Source: an uncultured Pelagibacteraceae bacterium
GTDB taxonomy: Bacteria; Pseudomonadota; Alphaproteobacteria; Pelagibacterales; Pelagibacteraceae
DNA length: 64,000 nt
Direction: 5' to 3'
Assembly: GCA_902624535.1 (NCBI GenBank)
Contig: CACNYF010000002.1
Coordinates: 3,128-67,127, forward strand
Of this stretch, positions 1 to 9,923 are shown piece by piece; the first letter of the stretch is position 1; each line of letters starts with the position of its first letter. The translations under genes and the position numbers were made by a program. Below the pieces are notes generated by a model. The model was not told the origin of the DNA, did no database searches, and saw only the letters and a list, made by a program, of their open reading frames with translations.

Positions 1-3000
1 TCATTTGTTGTATTTTTACACTTAGTTATATCATCAGCTTTTGTAGGTTTAGCAATTTCCCTATAGAAAGGATAATCTTTATCTTTTATTCCTAGAAGAT
101 AGTTTTCTACCCCACGTGTTGTATCATTGATTCTTTCAAAGTCTCCTGTTCCTGCAAACAACCATAATTCATTTGTTGTACCACCTATCGTAGCATCCAT
201 TGAATGATACATGTATCTACCATTTGTTTTATTTGAACCAGCAGTGAATAAAGTCGTGCTGTCAAAAATTTTAATTGCATTTCCAAGACCATCATCTGAC
301 AAGTTTGATAAATTAAATTTAGTTATTTTACCCTCTAGGTCACTTAAATATAATAACCCACCTGTAAATGTTATCCCTGTTGCAGTGTCTGGTGTAATTA
401 ATACAGGAGAACCAGGTGTTGAATTAACAATGTCACTTGATGCTAAATCTTCTATTTCGATAACTTTGTAAAGACTTCCTGGATTAGATGAATCTTCTAA
501 ATTAATTATAGTTAAGTTTGAACCCACGCCTTCAAACTGCGTTCCATATCCTCCACCCATAGCCGCAACATAAATATCATCTTCAATGTTTGCATCACCA
601 GCACCGTTGTTTGGAATTCTAAATATTCTTGGATCAGACCATGTTTCTCCTAATAAACTGTAGTCATACATATCATGAGGAGCTTGAACTCCAGTTGCCT
701 TAGCTCCTGATTTAATAGTAAATCCTACTTCTGAAGAGTCTATATCCGGATGAGCTGAATATTTTATAGCTTGTGCAAAGTTTATAATAGTATCACCAGC
801 AGAGTCAGTACTTACTGTAAAATTAGTATAATTTTTACCATTTTTAATAATTGTTATATCGTTCTTAGAAATTCCTTGTACTGGGAAGGTCCAAGATTTT
901 CCTTCATAACAATAATTATCCTCATTATTTGCACATTTTTTCTTACTAGCATCAACTCCAGAACCATTAAAGTCATCGTTATAATTGTCAGCAACTTTTA
1001 TTGATTGTCCCATTGCAGCCAGAGAATAAGACCTAGAAATATAATCAAATGTTGAAACGACCTGATTATGATCCATTTTGTAAATTCTGTTATTAATAAT
1101 ATCGTTGTATATAGAGTATAGGTGCAAAGGCTTTAATGGATTAGTTATATCTAATACACTAAATCCAGGACCACCTCTTCCATATGGAACAAATAATATT
1201 GTATGCCATTTTTTTGATGTTCCAAGTGGACTTTTGAAATACATGTCATGGACTACTATTGAACCATCTACTCCAAATACAGCATTAGTTCCCCCTTGGC
1301 CTGGTTGGTTCAAATTAGTATTCATTACATTTGGTAAATTAGGAGCTAATAATGGTGGAACAAAACCCCATTCCTCTTTACCAGTTTTAGCATCAAACGC
1401 ATGCAGTATTCCACTATTTGATCCTGCATAAATTATTTCTTTTCTACTTGCTAATGATGCTGCCCATGCATCATAACCTTTTAATTTTCTATAATATGCT
1501 TCTTGATTTGTTGATACAAATGCAGTTTCAGCAGACGGAGCACCAACCACAACTAATTGAGAATGATAAATATCTCCTAAAGGATTTTTTCTAGTCTCTG
1601 TTAAGTTACAATCTGAGTCATAATCAAAGTAATCTTGTCCTCTTACGAAGTTTATTAAACCTTTTAGGTCGTCAGTAGTCCCATCAATTACGCCAGGGGA
1701 ATTAGCACACCTTCTATTATTAGTAGATCCATCTGCATTATTACTATCTTTATGATAATCGAGAATATCATTCGCATAAATTGCAATTAAATTTCCAACT
1801 GCTGTTGCATTTGAATCTCTGAAGTTGTTGTAATCTGTTTTATAATCAGTTGATGGAATTACACTCCAAATTTTTCTTTTTGCTGGGGCTGGCATTTGAT
1901 CAACTGCTGACCAATTCCCTTTGTCTTTTGTATCAAGTGAACCATCAGGATTTATTTTTGTTCTAGTAATAGTTCCAGCCCATTCTTTGTTTTGTCTATA
2001 ATCAAATTGTGCTTGATACATTGATCCACCTTGTTCAATTGTGGCTGTAATTGAAGGTGCTGTAAATGAAAGTTTTGAGGCGATGATTTGTGAGATAGCA
2101 GCTTTTAATTGGGTTTTTAAAGATTCTGCTGTGGTCGCAACAATTGCTTTTGTTGTTCCTCCGGCATTAGCAATCTGATTAAAGTTTCTTAGTCCACTGC
2201 TACTAATTCCCGTTCCAAAAGCAACAGTAAATGTTTTTATTTTATGATTTTGAAATAAGTTTCTAGCTTTGGACAAAGCCCTACTGTGATTGTACCAATC
2301 TCCATCTCCAATAACTAATACATAACTATTTTGACAGGGTGAGTTTTTATCTACTGGTGAATAAGTTCCATTTAGATAATACTGTTGTGCAATTTTCATA
2401 AATGCATCTGCATCAGTTCCTCCTCCAGGATTAACTGAACTAATAATTCTTGCAATGTGAGCAGCTCCACCTTTATAAATTGGAACTTTCAGACAATTAT
2501 ATCTATTGCATGGAGACGCAGTTCCTGTTCCTGTCTTTATATCTCCACCACTCCACCTAGAAAAACCTGCGGTACCATGTGCCCAATAAGCAAAACCATA
2601 ATCAACACCAGATGTTAAAGAAGCATCTGTTACCAACGATTTTATAGCGGCATGAGCTGCTTGCATCCTGGTAGTAGGGGCTCCTCCAAAATTTTGAACC
2701 CAGGCTCCATTTGAGTCAAAGACTTGAACTGAACCTTTGTTTAAGTCTGCTGCTAGCAATCTGTTATTTCCATCATCCCAACCTAATCCCCAAGGATAAT
2801 AAAAGTATGTAGCAGATGCAGAGCTATTTGCTCTACTTCTACTACCAAATCTAGTTGTTGAACTTATAGATGTAAGACTGCTATTCATCGTCAATTTTTC
2901 CATTCGACTGTTGCTCCAAGAAAGTGTCCACAATTCTTGGTTATTATTAGGATTGAACTGAAGACCAGTATAATATCCAGAATTATAACGCATACTTGAA

Positions 3001-3719
3001 TATCCACTTGTATTTGGACATTTGTGGTTATGTGTACTTAATTGAAACGTATATAAATAATTGTTTCTCGCGTAGACTATTTTATTACCAGAAATTGCAG
3101 CACCAAATGCATATGCCATATTGATGTTTGTGCTACAATTATAAATCGTTCCACTCGAAAGATTTATTGTTTTATATCCCCAAGAACCGCCTACATATAA
3201 ATAACCCGTACTTTTATCTATTGTCATATTATATGGATAAATACCAAGGTAGTATTTCTTCAAACACCTACCATCACTTGCTCTTATTGCTACAATTGCT
3301 CTTTCATAATATGCCGTTGTGTAATAGACGTCGTTATAAGTTTCTCCACTATAAGAGTAAGATGTTCTGCAATTTGAATTACCTTCGTATGTTCTATTCC
3401 CTTTTCCAGAAACACCTCTATTTCCAAATCCTGTATCTAGAGTTTTAGAACCATATAGAAATTTTTTAACACCATCTCTATTATATTGTGATACTAGAAC
3501 ATCGCCATTGCTATCAGCATCAGCATCGTATGGGTAACGCATACTTGCGGTACCACCACTCATCCGCCACCCCATACTTCCAGATTTATCCAACATTATT
3601 AAAACATTGGCAGGAACATCACCAATTCCAGATCCTGGTGGAAGTGCTTTTGAAAAAGCATGATTTGATAATGAAAATAAAATTAAAATAATTGAATAAA
3701 TTAAATTTTTTATTTTCAT
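1..3719 (-). CDS. pilY1: PilY1/PilC-type pilus tip adhesin with vWA domain (partial, >1239 aa, runs off left edge; not in ORF track)
   Basis: Manual translation from ATG at 3719 (ATGA overlap with upstream ORF): signal peptide MKIKNLIYSIILILFSLSNHAFS, vWA MIDAS VLIMLDKSGSM, GGGT, VLVIGDGD; PilY1 propeller motifs LGDIYHS, IYAGSNSGILHAFDAKTGKEEWGFVP, FGVDGS, AGTGD; same frame open at position 3. Confidence 0.9.
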   Translation of the reverse strand, partial: MKIKNLIYSIILILFSLSNHAFSKALPPGSGIGDVPANVLIMLDKSGSMGWRMSGGTASMRYPYDADADSNGDVLVSQYNRDGVKKFLYGSKTLDTGFGNRGVSGKGNRTYEGNSNCRTSYSYSGETYNDVYYTTAYYERAIVAIRASDGRCLKKYYLGIYPYNMTIDKSTGYLYVGGSWGYKTINLSSGTIYNCSTNINMAYAFGAAISGNKIVYARNNYLYTFQLSTHNHKCPNTSGYSSMRYNSGYYTGLQFNPNNNQELWTLSWSNSRMEKLTMNSSLTSISSTTRFGSRSRANSSASATYFYYPWGLGWDDGNNRLLAADLNKGSVQVFDSNGAWVQNFGGAPTTRMQAAHAAIKSLVTDASLTSGVDYGFAYWAHGTAGFSRWSGGDIKTGTGTASPCNRYNCLKVPIYKGGAAHIARIISSVNPGGGTDADAFMKIAQQYYLNGTYSPVDKNSPCQNSYVLVIGDGDWYNHSRALSKARNLFQNHKIKTFTVAFGTGISSSGLRNFNQIANAGGTTKAIVATTAESLKTQLKAAISQIIASKLSFTAPSITATIEQGGSMYQAQFDYRQNKEWAGTITRTKINPDGSLDTKDKGNWSAVDQMPAPAKRKIWSVIPSTDYKTDYNNFRDSNATAVGNLIAIYANDILDYHKDSNNADGSTNNRRCANSPGVIDGTTDDLKGLINFVRGQDYFDYDSDCNLTETRKNPLGDIYHSQLVVVGAPSAETAFVSTNQEAYYRKLKGYDAWAASLASRKEIIYAGSNSGILHAFDAKTGKEEWGFVPPLLAPNLPNVMNTNLNQPGQGGTNAVFGVDGSIVVHDMYFKSPLGTSKKWHTILFVPYGRGGPGFSVLDITNPLKPLHLYSIYNDIINNRIYKMDHNQVVSTFDYISRSYSLAAMGQSIKVADNYNDDFNGSGVDASKKKCANNEDNYCYEGKSWTFPVQGISKNDITIIKNGKNYTNFTVSTDSAGDTIINFAQAIKYSAHPDIDSSEVGFTIKSGAKATGVQAPHDMYDYSLLGETWSDPRIFRIPNNGAGDANIEDDIYVAAMGGGYGTQFEGVGSNLTIINLEDSSNPGSLYKVIEIEDLASSDIVNSTPGSPVLITPDTATGITFTGGLLYLSDLEGKITKFNLSNLSDDGLGNAIKIFDSTTLFTAGSNKTNGRYMYHSMDATIGGTTNELWLFAGTGDFERINDTTRGVENYLLGIKDKDYPFYREIAKPTKADDITKCKNTTN

Positions 3720-4255
3720 TGACTATCCTTCATTACTTGCATTTCCATGTCCTGCATATATTTCATTAATTTTTCATCTAGTTTAGGAGTTGAGATATAA
3801 ATTTGTTCGTCAATAACTCCTTGGTCATTAGGTATACGTTGATAAACTATAAATTTATTTGATTTGTCTACTATCTCATAACCAGTAAATGATTTGGGAT
3901 TTTGTGTCGTGTCAAATTGACCATAATTTTTCTTCATATAATTCATCAAGGTAAGTTTTTCAGAAACAGAGTTTGTTTCATCATTTAGAGCAATTAAATT
4001 AATTGCGATTAATTCATCATTTAAAAATTTGTATTCAATAGCAATATCTTTTAAATTTTGTTCAGGACAAATGTCTTCAGCCAATATTCCGTAAAAATCT
4101 AAATTTCCATATTCTCCAGGTAATGGTGCACCAACAATTTCCTTTGATTCAAACTCTGCTCTTTTAATTCCAAGCTCAGCTTTAAAGTTACATGCAGAAT
4201 ATGAATAAGAAATAGATAAAGTTAAAATTAATATTATTTTAGTTATTAATTTCAT
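3716..4255 (-). CDS. Hypothetical exported protein in minor-pilin operon
   Basis: 179 aa ORF, N-terminal signal peptide, stop overlaps pilY1 start. Confidence 0.75.
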   Translation of the reverse strand: MKLITKIILILTLSISYSYSACNFKAELGIKRAEFESKEIVGAPLPGEYGNLDFYGILAEDICPEQNLKDIAIEYKFLNDELIAINLIALNDETNSVSEKLTLMNYMKKNYGQFDTTQNPKSFTGYEIVDKSNKFIVYQRIPNDQGVIDEQIYISTPKLDEKLMKYMQDMEMQVMKDSQ

Positions 4256-4313
4256 AAATTAATTATACCCTATTTTTAAAAATAATTTCTCTTTAAGACC
4301 ATTTTAGACATAT

Positions 4314-4997
4314 TTATTTTGGAAGTACAACAACGCTTTCAAGCGCAACTACCATTGGATCTTTTTCTTTTTTAATACCACACCCATACACTCTATACGC
4401 CATACCGTCATTTCCGGTATTATTTGCACCTTTTTTAACACTAGAACCTGAGCCTCTATAAGGAGCTGATCCAATTCTTGTTACAAAAAATTGATAATAA
4501 TATTTTAATAATTTTTGAGCCTCTTCTTTTTCAACTGTTCCGCCTTTTGAGGAAAAACTATCTCTTATTATTACTCCAAAGTTCCAGCTTTCAGCTGTCA
4601 CAACTTTAAGATTATCTTTATCTATCTCTGAAAATGAATTGTAACAAATAGTGCTTGGACTTAAATAATCATCTCTTCCAATAGACCTTGAGTTATAATT
4701 CTTTTGCGTCATATTTCCTGTGTACTTAGATGTTTGATTTGCTGGCAAATTTCTTTTTGCTGTATCTCTTTTATGACTAGAAGTATTCCAAGGTCCAAGG
4801 AATTGATTAAGAATATAACGCTCACCTTCTATTAAAGCCGTTTCAGCAACATAAAAAGTTTGTTGATAGTCTTCACTTCTATTATTACTTTGATGATCAC
4901 CAGCTGAGATAACTATTAATGCTCCACCCATCAAAGACATCACAAGCATTAATACTAATGATAAAACTAATGCAAAACCTTTTTCATTTTTTCTCAT
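4314..4997 (-). CDS. pilX: PilX-like minor pilin
   Basis: KG|FALVLSLVLMLVMSL prepilin N-terminus lacking Glu5, TFYVAETALIEGE; position after pilW. Confidence 0.85.
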   Translation of the reverse strand: MRKNEKGFALVLSLVLMLVMSLMGGALIVISAGDHQSNNRSEDYQQTFYVAETALIEGERYILNQFLGPWNTSSHKRDTAKRNLPANQTSKYTGNMTQKNYNSRSIGRDDYLSPSTICYNSFSEIDKDNLKVVTAESWNFGVIIRDSFSSKGGTVEKEEAQKLLKYYYQFFVTRIGSAPYRGSGSSVKKGANNTGNDGMAYRVYGCGIKKEKDPMVVALESVVVLPK

Positions 4998-5836
4998 TAT
5001 TGCATTCCTAAATTTCTTGCATGTGCAGTTACCACAATACTTTCTCTTAAGTATCTATCTGTCTTAACTTTTTTTCTAGTTTGATCGTTTAATGTTTCTT
5101 GAAATCTTGCTTTAATATTTCTAAAAAAATTCTTTGTTGATCTAACTGTTAAGGCGATATCAATAGTTTTAATTTTATATAATTTACTTTTTGTTGCATT
5201 CGTTGGTGTTGGAGGAGGATTTATTATTTTTCCTTCTTCATCGATAGGTATGAATACTAAGTCTTCAATATAATCTGCGATCAGTTGTTTTTTATATGTT
5301 GCATCAACTCCGTCTGTTTCAGGATTTTTCCAGTTATTAGCGGTCTTGTCCCAAATAACTTTAGTTTTATAAATTGCAAAAGCATCTATCGGAGGCTGTT
5401 TACCACCAGGTAAAGGTTTAGCATTTTTATTAGGCAATTTTGATTTTTCGCAATGATATGTGATTTTATATCTTTGATAAACATATTTTGGTGTTTTGTT
5501 TTTGTTGTAATCAACATCGCCATACACGATATCAATTTTATCACAGTCATTATTAAAATTTGATGACTTTGTAATAATTATTGGAGCATGTTGATTATTT
5601 GTTTTAACATTGTCACCATAATATTTGTACCCGGCATTTCTTATATCTCTCATCATCATTCCAATAACATCTCTTCCTTGACTTGATATTTTTGCTCTAT
5701 CAGTTACTTGAGAGTAAGAATTATTTACAACATTGTATGAAGTAAACATTGCAGCCATCATTACTACAGAAATTACAATACCAATTAAAATTTCAATTAA
5801 GGTAACTCCAGCAATTTTACTTAATTTTTTTCTCAT
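4997..5836 (-). CDS. pilW: PilW-like minor pilin
   Basis: AG|VTLIEILIG prepilin motif, MMRDIRNAGY, longest minor pilin, gene order. Confidence 0.85.
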   Translation of the reverse strand: MRKKLSKIAGVTLIEILIGIVISVVMMAAMFTSYNVVNNSYSQVTDRAKISSQGRDVIGMMMRDIRNAGYKYYGDNVKTNNQHAPIIITKSSNFNNDCDKIDIVYGDVDYNKNKTPKYVYQRYKITYHCEKSKLPNKNAKPLPGGKQPPIDAFAIYKTKVIWDKTANNWKNPETDGVDATYKKQLIADYIEDLVFIPIDEEGKIINPPPTPTNATKSKLYKIKTIDIALTVRSTKNFFRNIKARFQETLNDQTRKKVKTDRYLRESIVVTAHARNLGMQ

Positions 5837-6453
5837 TATTTAATTTGGAAATATAAGTATTTTTTCTTTGGCTTTGCATTTCCAGATGCATCAACTCGCC
5901 CAGTACTTACATTAACTTCCATTCTACCAAGTACCCATTGATCATAAATTCCTGTTCCGGTATAGTTTTTATTATTATTATAAGTGCAGCTGTTGCCTGC
6001 TGCTGCATTATTGCAGATATCATAAACTTTCAGTGCTTTTCTATTCTGTGTCCCTTTACATTTTAGCCTTCTCTTTGAAAATCTATTGTCCCATTTGTAT
6101 TTTTTAGCATCTAAAGTGTTTGTGAAAGTTTTAGAGGATGATGATCCCGTGCTACAAGTTGCAGAATTCCAGGATGCTTTACCTTTTTTTTCTTCAGATA
6201 CTAAATAATCAACAAAAGATACTTTGCTTGTGGGAGAAGTTGAGTTTTTTTCTGAAATAAGGTCTTCCGCAACCATTGATATCAAAAGGTTTGATTTTGT
6301 TCTTTCCCCCGATACGTCAATAGATCTTACAGAATATTGAACCATCTGAAAAATAGCTACAAAACCAATACCGATTATAACTGTTGATACTAGAGCCTCT
6401 ATTAGAGTTATTCCTTTCTGATTTTTAAAAAAATTACATCCTAGTCCAACCAT
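5836..6453 (-). CDS. pilV: PilV-like minor pilin
   Basis: KG|ITLIEALVS prepilin motif; ATG at 6453 (GTG at 6459 possible). Confidence 0.8.
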   Translation of the reverse strand: MVGLGCNFFKNQKGITLIEALVSTVIIGIGFVAIFQMVQYSVRSIDVSGERTKSNLLISMVAEDLISEKNSTSPTSKVSFVDYLVSEEKKGKASWNSATCSTGSSSSKTFTNTLDAKKYKWDNRFSKRRLKCKGTQNRKALKVYDICNNAAAGNSCTYNNNKNYTGTGIYDQWVLGRMEVNVSTGRVDASGNAKPKKKYLYFQIK

Positions 6454-7087
6454 TACCACTCCATCTAAATTTATTCACATTACCAAATCTTGTCCATTCA
6501 ACCAAGTAGGCAGGTTTTTCTAATCCTTTAGCTTTATTAATAGGGCACTTTCCACCATTCTTTTTAGCATTATCAAAAGTACACATTATTATATATTGAT
6601 CAGTAGCATTTGAAGGTTCGTCTAAAGTAACTCTTAATTGGTTTTTTATTTTACCTAAAGTTTTATAATGAGTTCCATTTTGTGAAAAACATATTGAGCT
6701 TTCTCTATCTATGTGAGTTGCCACATCATATGTTTTGTTATCTACTTCTGAAGTCCAAAATGAACTTGATGTATAACAATCTATTGGGTTACCACTATTT
6801 AATCTATTTGTATAAGCACTTCTTGATAATCCTCTTGTTATAATTTGTGTTGGGTTACTACCATTAGGTTTGATGTAAACTTGCACAAAAGGAAGAGAGC
6901 CCCTTTGTGATTGAGTATTTATTGAATTAATCATATTAACAACTTTTTCAGTAGAAGCTCTTAACACTCTATCTTTGTTCCAGCTCATAAAATTTGGAAT
7001 TCCAACTGCAGATACAATTGCTACAATTGAGATAACAACTAGCAATTCAAGTAATGTGAAACCTTTAATGTTCTGATCTTGCAGCAC
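6434..7087 (-). CDS. FimT/FimU-like minor pilin
   Basis: KG|FTLLELLVVISIVAIVSAVGIPNF motif; first gene of minor-pilin run. Confidence 0.8.
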   Translation of the reverse strand: MLQDQNIKGFTLLELLVVISIVAIVSAVGIPNFMSWNKDRVLRASTEKVVNMINSINTQSQRGSLPFVQVYIKPNGSNPTQIITRGLSRSAYTNRLNSGNPIDCYTSSSFWTSEVDNKTYDVATHIDRESSICFSQNGTHYKTLGKIKNQLRVTLDEPSNATDQYIIMCTFDNAKKNGGKCPINKAKGLEKPAYLVEWTRFGNVNKFRWSGNGWTRM

Positions 7088-8081
7088 CTGGATCTATTTT
7101 CCCTGCTTTAGCTAACTCTTCTAAAGATTTTTCCATTGTTATCATTCCATCTCTTACTGCAGTTTGCATGATACTTGGAATTTGATGAATTTTAGCTTCT
7201 CTGATTAAGTTTTGTATTGGTGCCGTACATTTCATAATTTCAAATGCGCCAACTCTACCTGCACCGTCTCTAGTTTTTAATAATCTTTGTGTGACAACCA
7301 TTTTTAAAGAAGTTGAAATTTGAGCTCTTATTTGTTCTTGTTGCTCGGGTGGAAATACATCAATAATTCTGTTTATTGTACTTGGTGCACCACTTGTGTG
7401 AAGAGTTCCAAATACTAAGTGACCAGTTTCAGCAGCAGTTAATGCAAGACTAATAGTTTCCAAGTCTCTCATTTCTCCAACTAAAATTACATCTGGATCC
7501 TCTCTAAGAGCTGCCTTTAAAGCTGCAGCAAATGTTTCAGTTTGTTTTCCCACTTCTCTATGAGAAACAATACTTTTGTTATCTTGGTGTATAAATTCTA
7601 CTGGATCTTCTACTGTAATAATGTTTGCAGTTCTTGTTTTATTTATTTCATTAACAATTGCTGCAAGCGTAGTTGATTTACCTGAGCCTGTTGGTCCTGT
7701 AACCAAAACTAAGCCTTTATGAAAGTCCACAATATCATAAAGAGATTGTGGTAAATTAAATTGATCCATTTCAGGAATTTTACTTTCTACTCTTCTACAA
7801 ACACACGCTGGACCTTTAATTGTTTTATAAAAGTTTGCTCTAAATCTTAATCCACTTAATGATACAGAAGTATCTAACTCATGTGTTTTATCAAATTTAT
7901 TCAATTCATGTTCGTTACAGTTCATTGATAACAAATCTTTTAAATCTTGAGCGGTAACCATTACTTCTTGAACTTTAATAATCTCACCTGTCTGTCTGTA
8001 AGCTAATGGAGCTCCAGCCCTTATGTGGAAATCGGAAATCTTCTTGTTATTTTTTGCCAGTTCTTCTAATTTTTCAAACAT
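7065..8081 (-). CDS. pilT: Type IV pilus retraction ATPase PilT
   Basis: GPTGSGKSTT Walker A, LREDPDVILVGEMRD, GHLVFGTLHT, PIQNLIRE (AIRNLIRE-like). Confidence 0.95.
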   Translation of the reverse strand: MFEKLEELAKNNKKISDFHIRAGAPLAYRQTGEIIKVQEVMVTAQDLKDLLSMNCNEHELNKFDKTHELDTSVSLSGLRFRANFYKTIKGPACVCRRVESKIPEMDQFNLPQSLYDIVDFHKGLVLVTGPTGSGKSTTLAAIVNEINKTRTANIITVEDPVEFIHQDNKSIVSHREVGKQTETFAAALKAALREDPDVILVGEMRDLETISLALTAAETGHLVFGTLHTSGAPSTINRIIDVFPPEQQEQIRAQISTSLKMVVTQRLLKTRDGAGRVGAFEIMKCTAPIQNLIREAKIHQIPSIMQTAVRDGMITMEKSLEELAKAGKIDPGAARSEH

Positions 8082-8207
8082 TCAATATTGATACTATAAA
8101 TATAAGTAATTTTTAGTAATTTATTTCAAAAAAACTCATTATGTACTACTCAAGCTTTTTATTCTAGTAAAAGTTGAGTATATAGATAAAATTCAAATTA
8201 TAAAATT

Positions 8208-9923
8208 ATGAAAAATCCTTTTGCTAATCTTTTTAAGAAAAAGAGTAAAGATGGTGCACCAGATAAACCTGTGCCAAAGCCAGATGCGGGAAAAAAGAAA
8301 GAGGGTTTTTTTAGTAAACTTTTAAAAAATAGATTAGGAAAATCTTCAATAAAAGGTGAGGAAATTTTAGGTGTTGAATTGACACCAAGCGAAATTAGAC
8401 TTGCTCAAGTATCAAGTAATAAAGCAAACCAATGGGTTTTAGATAAATTTTTTGTTCACAAATTCGAGGGAGTTCCTGATGGCGGCACTGTTTTAGAAAA
8501 TCAAGATAAAATTGCTGAAGAACTAAAGTTAGCTTTATTAAAATCAAAAGTATCAACAACAAACGCTGCAATAGCAATTCCAGTCACTAGTGCGATCATT
8601 AGAGTGGTGACCGCACCTTTGATGACAGAAGAAGAATTAAAAAAAGCAATCGATACTGACTCACTTTGGGAAAATTTAGTTCAACTAACAGATAACTTGG
8701 CAGAATATTCAATATTCCATCAGGTCATAAATAAAGATGAAAAAGCTAATACGATGGATATCTTGTTCGTTGCCTCAAAACTTTCTGACATTAATAGTTA
8801 TACAGCAATCATAAAAAAAGGTGGACTAAATGCTGTAATCATCGATGTTAAATGTTTTGCTTTAAAATCAGCTGTAGATCAAATAAATCAAATAGCAGGT
8901 TCAATTGAAGATTCTAATTTAACAGCTGTTTTAGAATTTGGATTAGATGAGAACTACGTAATGATACTTTACGAAAATAACCCAATAATAACTGATATCT
9001 TTATTAGAGCTCAAGACAGAAAAACTTTATCTGAAAGTAATAATCAAGAAGAAATGGATGCTTTAGTCAGAAGGTATATGACACAGGTCAAGCAAGCCGT
9101 TCAAGATTTTGAAACAAAATATGAAAAGAGAATTAGAAATTTAAAAGTCACTTCTAATTTGCCAAATGTAGAAGACTATTTAGCAAGCTTTAGAAAAAAT
9201 ATGGTTAATACTGGTTATAATCTTTTTAATCCATTTGATGGAATAAAAGTTCCTGCACAGATAGAAAATGAAACTAAATTAAGCAACCCTTCTTATTTTT
9301 CAACAGTTATGGGTTTAGCATTTAGAAAGCTTGATGTTTTTGGATATTATAAATTTGTAACTGCAGTAAAAAATATTAACTTACTTCCCAATCGAGAAAA
9401 TATGATAGCGCAAAAAAAAGCTAAAGCATTTTCTAATTTTGCATTTAAAGGAATAGCAGGAATTGTTGTAGTTATATACCTTGTTCTATTTGGATTTTCA
9501 TTTTGGCAAATTACTGACTTAAATAAAAAAATTGCAGGATATGAGGAAGTAATTCAAACACATGAATTAAGAACATTAGAAAGAAATAAATATCTTAAAG
9601 AGAAAAAATTAATGGATAAATCGCTAGAATTAAGCAATTCAATTAAATCAAATAAAACAATAAGTTTTAGAGTATTAGCTCAAATAGCATCAGCAGTACC
9701 GAAAAGAGTTAAGTTTGATTCTATTGAATATAACGGGTCAGATTTAGTGATAATTCAAGGATCAGCATTTAGTGATCAAGATATATTAAAATTAATCAGC
9801 AATTTAAATAATAAAAAATTAATTTCTCAAGCATCCCTTGCAAGTATGACGTTGCCAAATGAACAACAGGGTTCACAAACAATGAAGGGTTTTAAAATTG
9901 CCTGTATATTGGAGAACGTATAA
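8208..9923 (+). CDS. Fused PilM-PilN alignment protein
   Basis: N-terminal PilM-like actin fold (LGVELTPSEIRLAQ, GLAFR) followed in frame by the PilN signature INLLP, one TM helix and a PilN-like periplasmic domain. Confidence 0.85.
   Translation: MKNPFANLFKKKSKDGAPDKPVPKPDAGKKKEGFFSKLLKNRLGKSSIKGEEILGVELTPSEIRLAQVSSNKANQWVLDKFFVHKFEGVPDGGTVLENQDKIAEELKLALLKSKVSTTNAAIAIPVTSAIIRVVTAPLMTEEELKKAIDTDSLWENLVQLTDNLAEYSIFHQVINKDEKANTMDILFVASKLSDINSYTAIIKKGGLNAVIIDVKCFALKSAVDQINQIAGSIEDSNLTAVLEFGLDENYVMILYENNPIITDIFIRAQDRKTLSESNNQEEMDALVRRYMTQVKQAVQDFETKYEKRIRNLKVTSNLPNVEDYLASFRKNMVNTGYNLFNPFDGIKVPAQIENETKLSNPSYFSTVMGLAFRKLDVFGYYKFVTAVKNINLLPNRENMIAQKKAKAFSNFAFKGIAGIVVVIYLVLFGFSFWQITDLNKKIAGYEEVIQTHELRTLERNKYLKEKKLMDKSLELSNSIKSNKTISFRVLAQIASAVPKRVKFDSIEYNGSDLVIIQGSAFSDQDILKLISNLNNKKLISQASLASMTLPNEQQGSQTMKGFKIACILENV

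Noticed and set aside
211-3691. Five short + strand ORFs in the track (211, 771, 1105, 3128, 3488)
   Set aside because: Antisense shadows of the long minus-strand pilY1 frame
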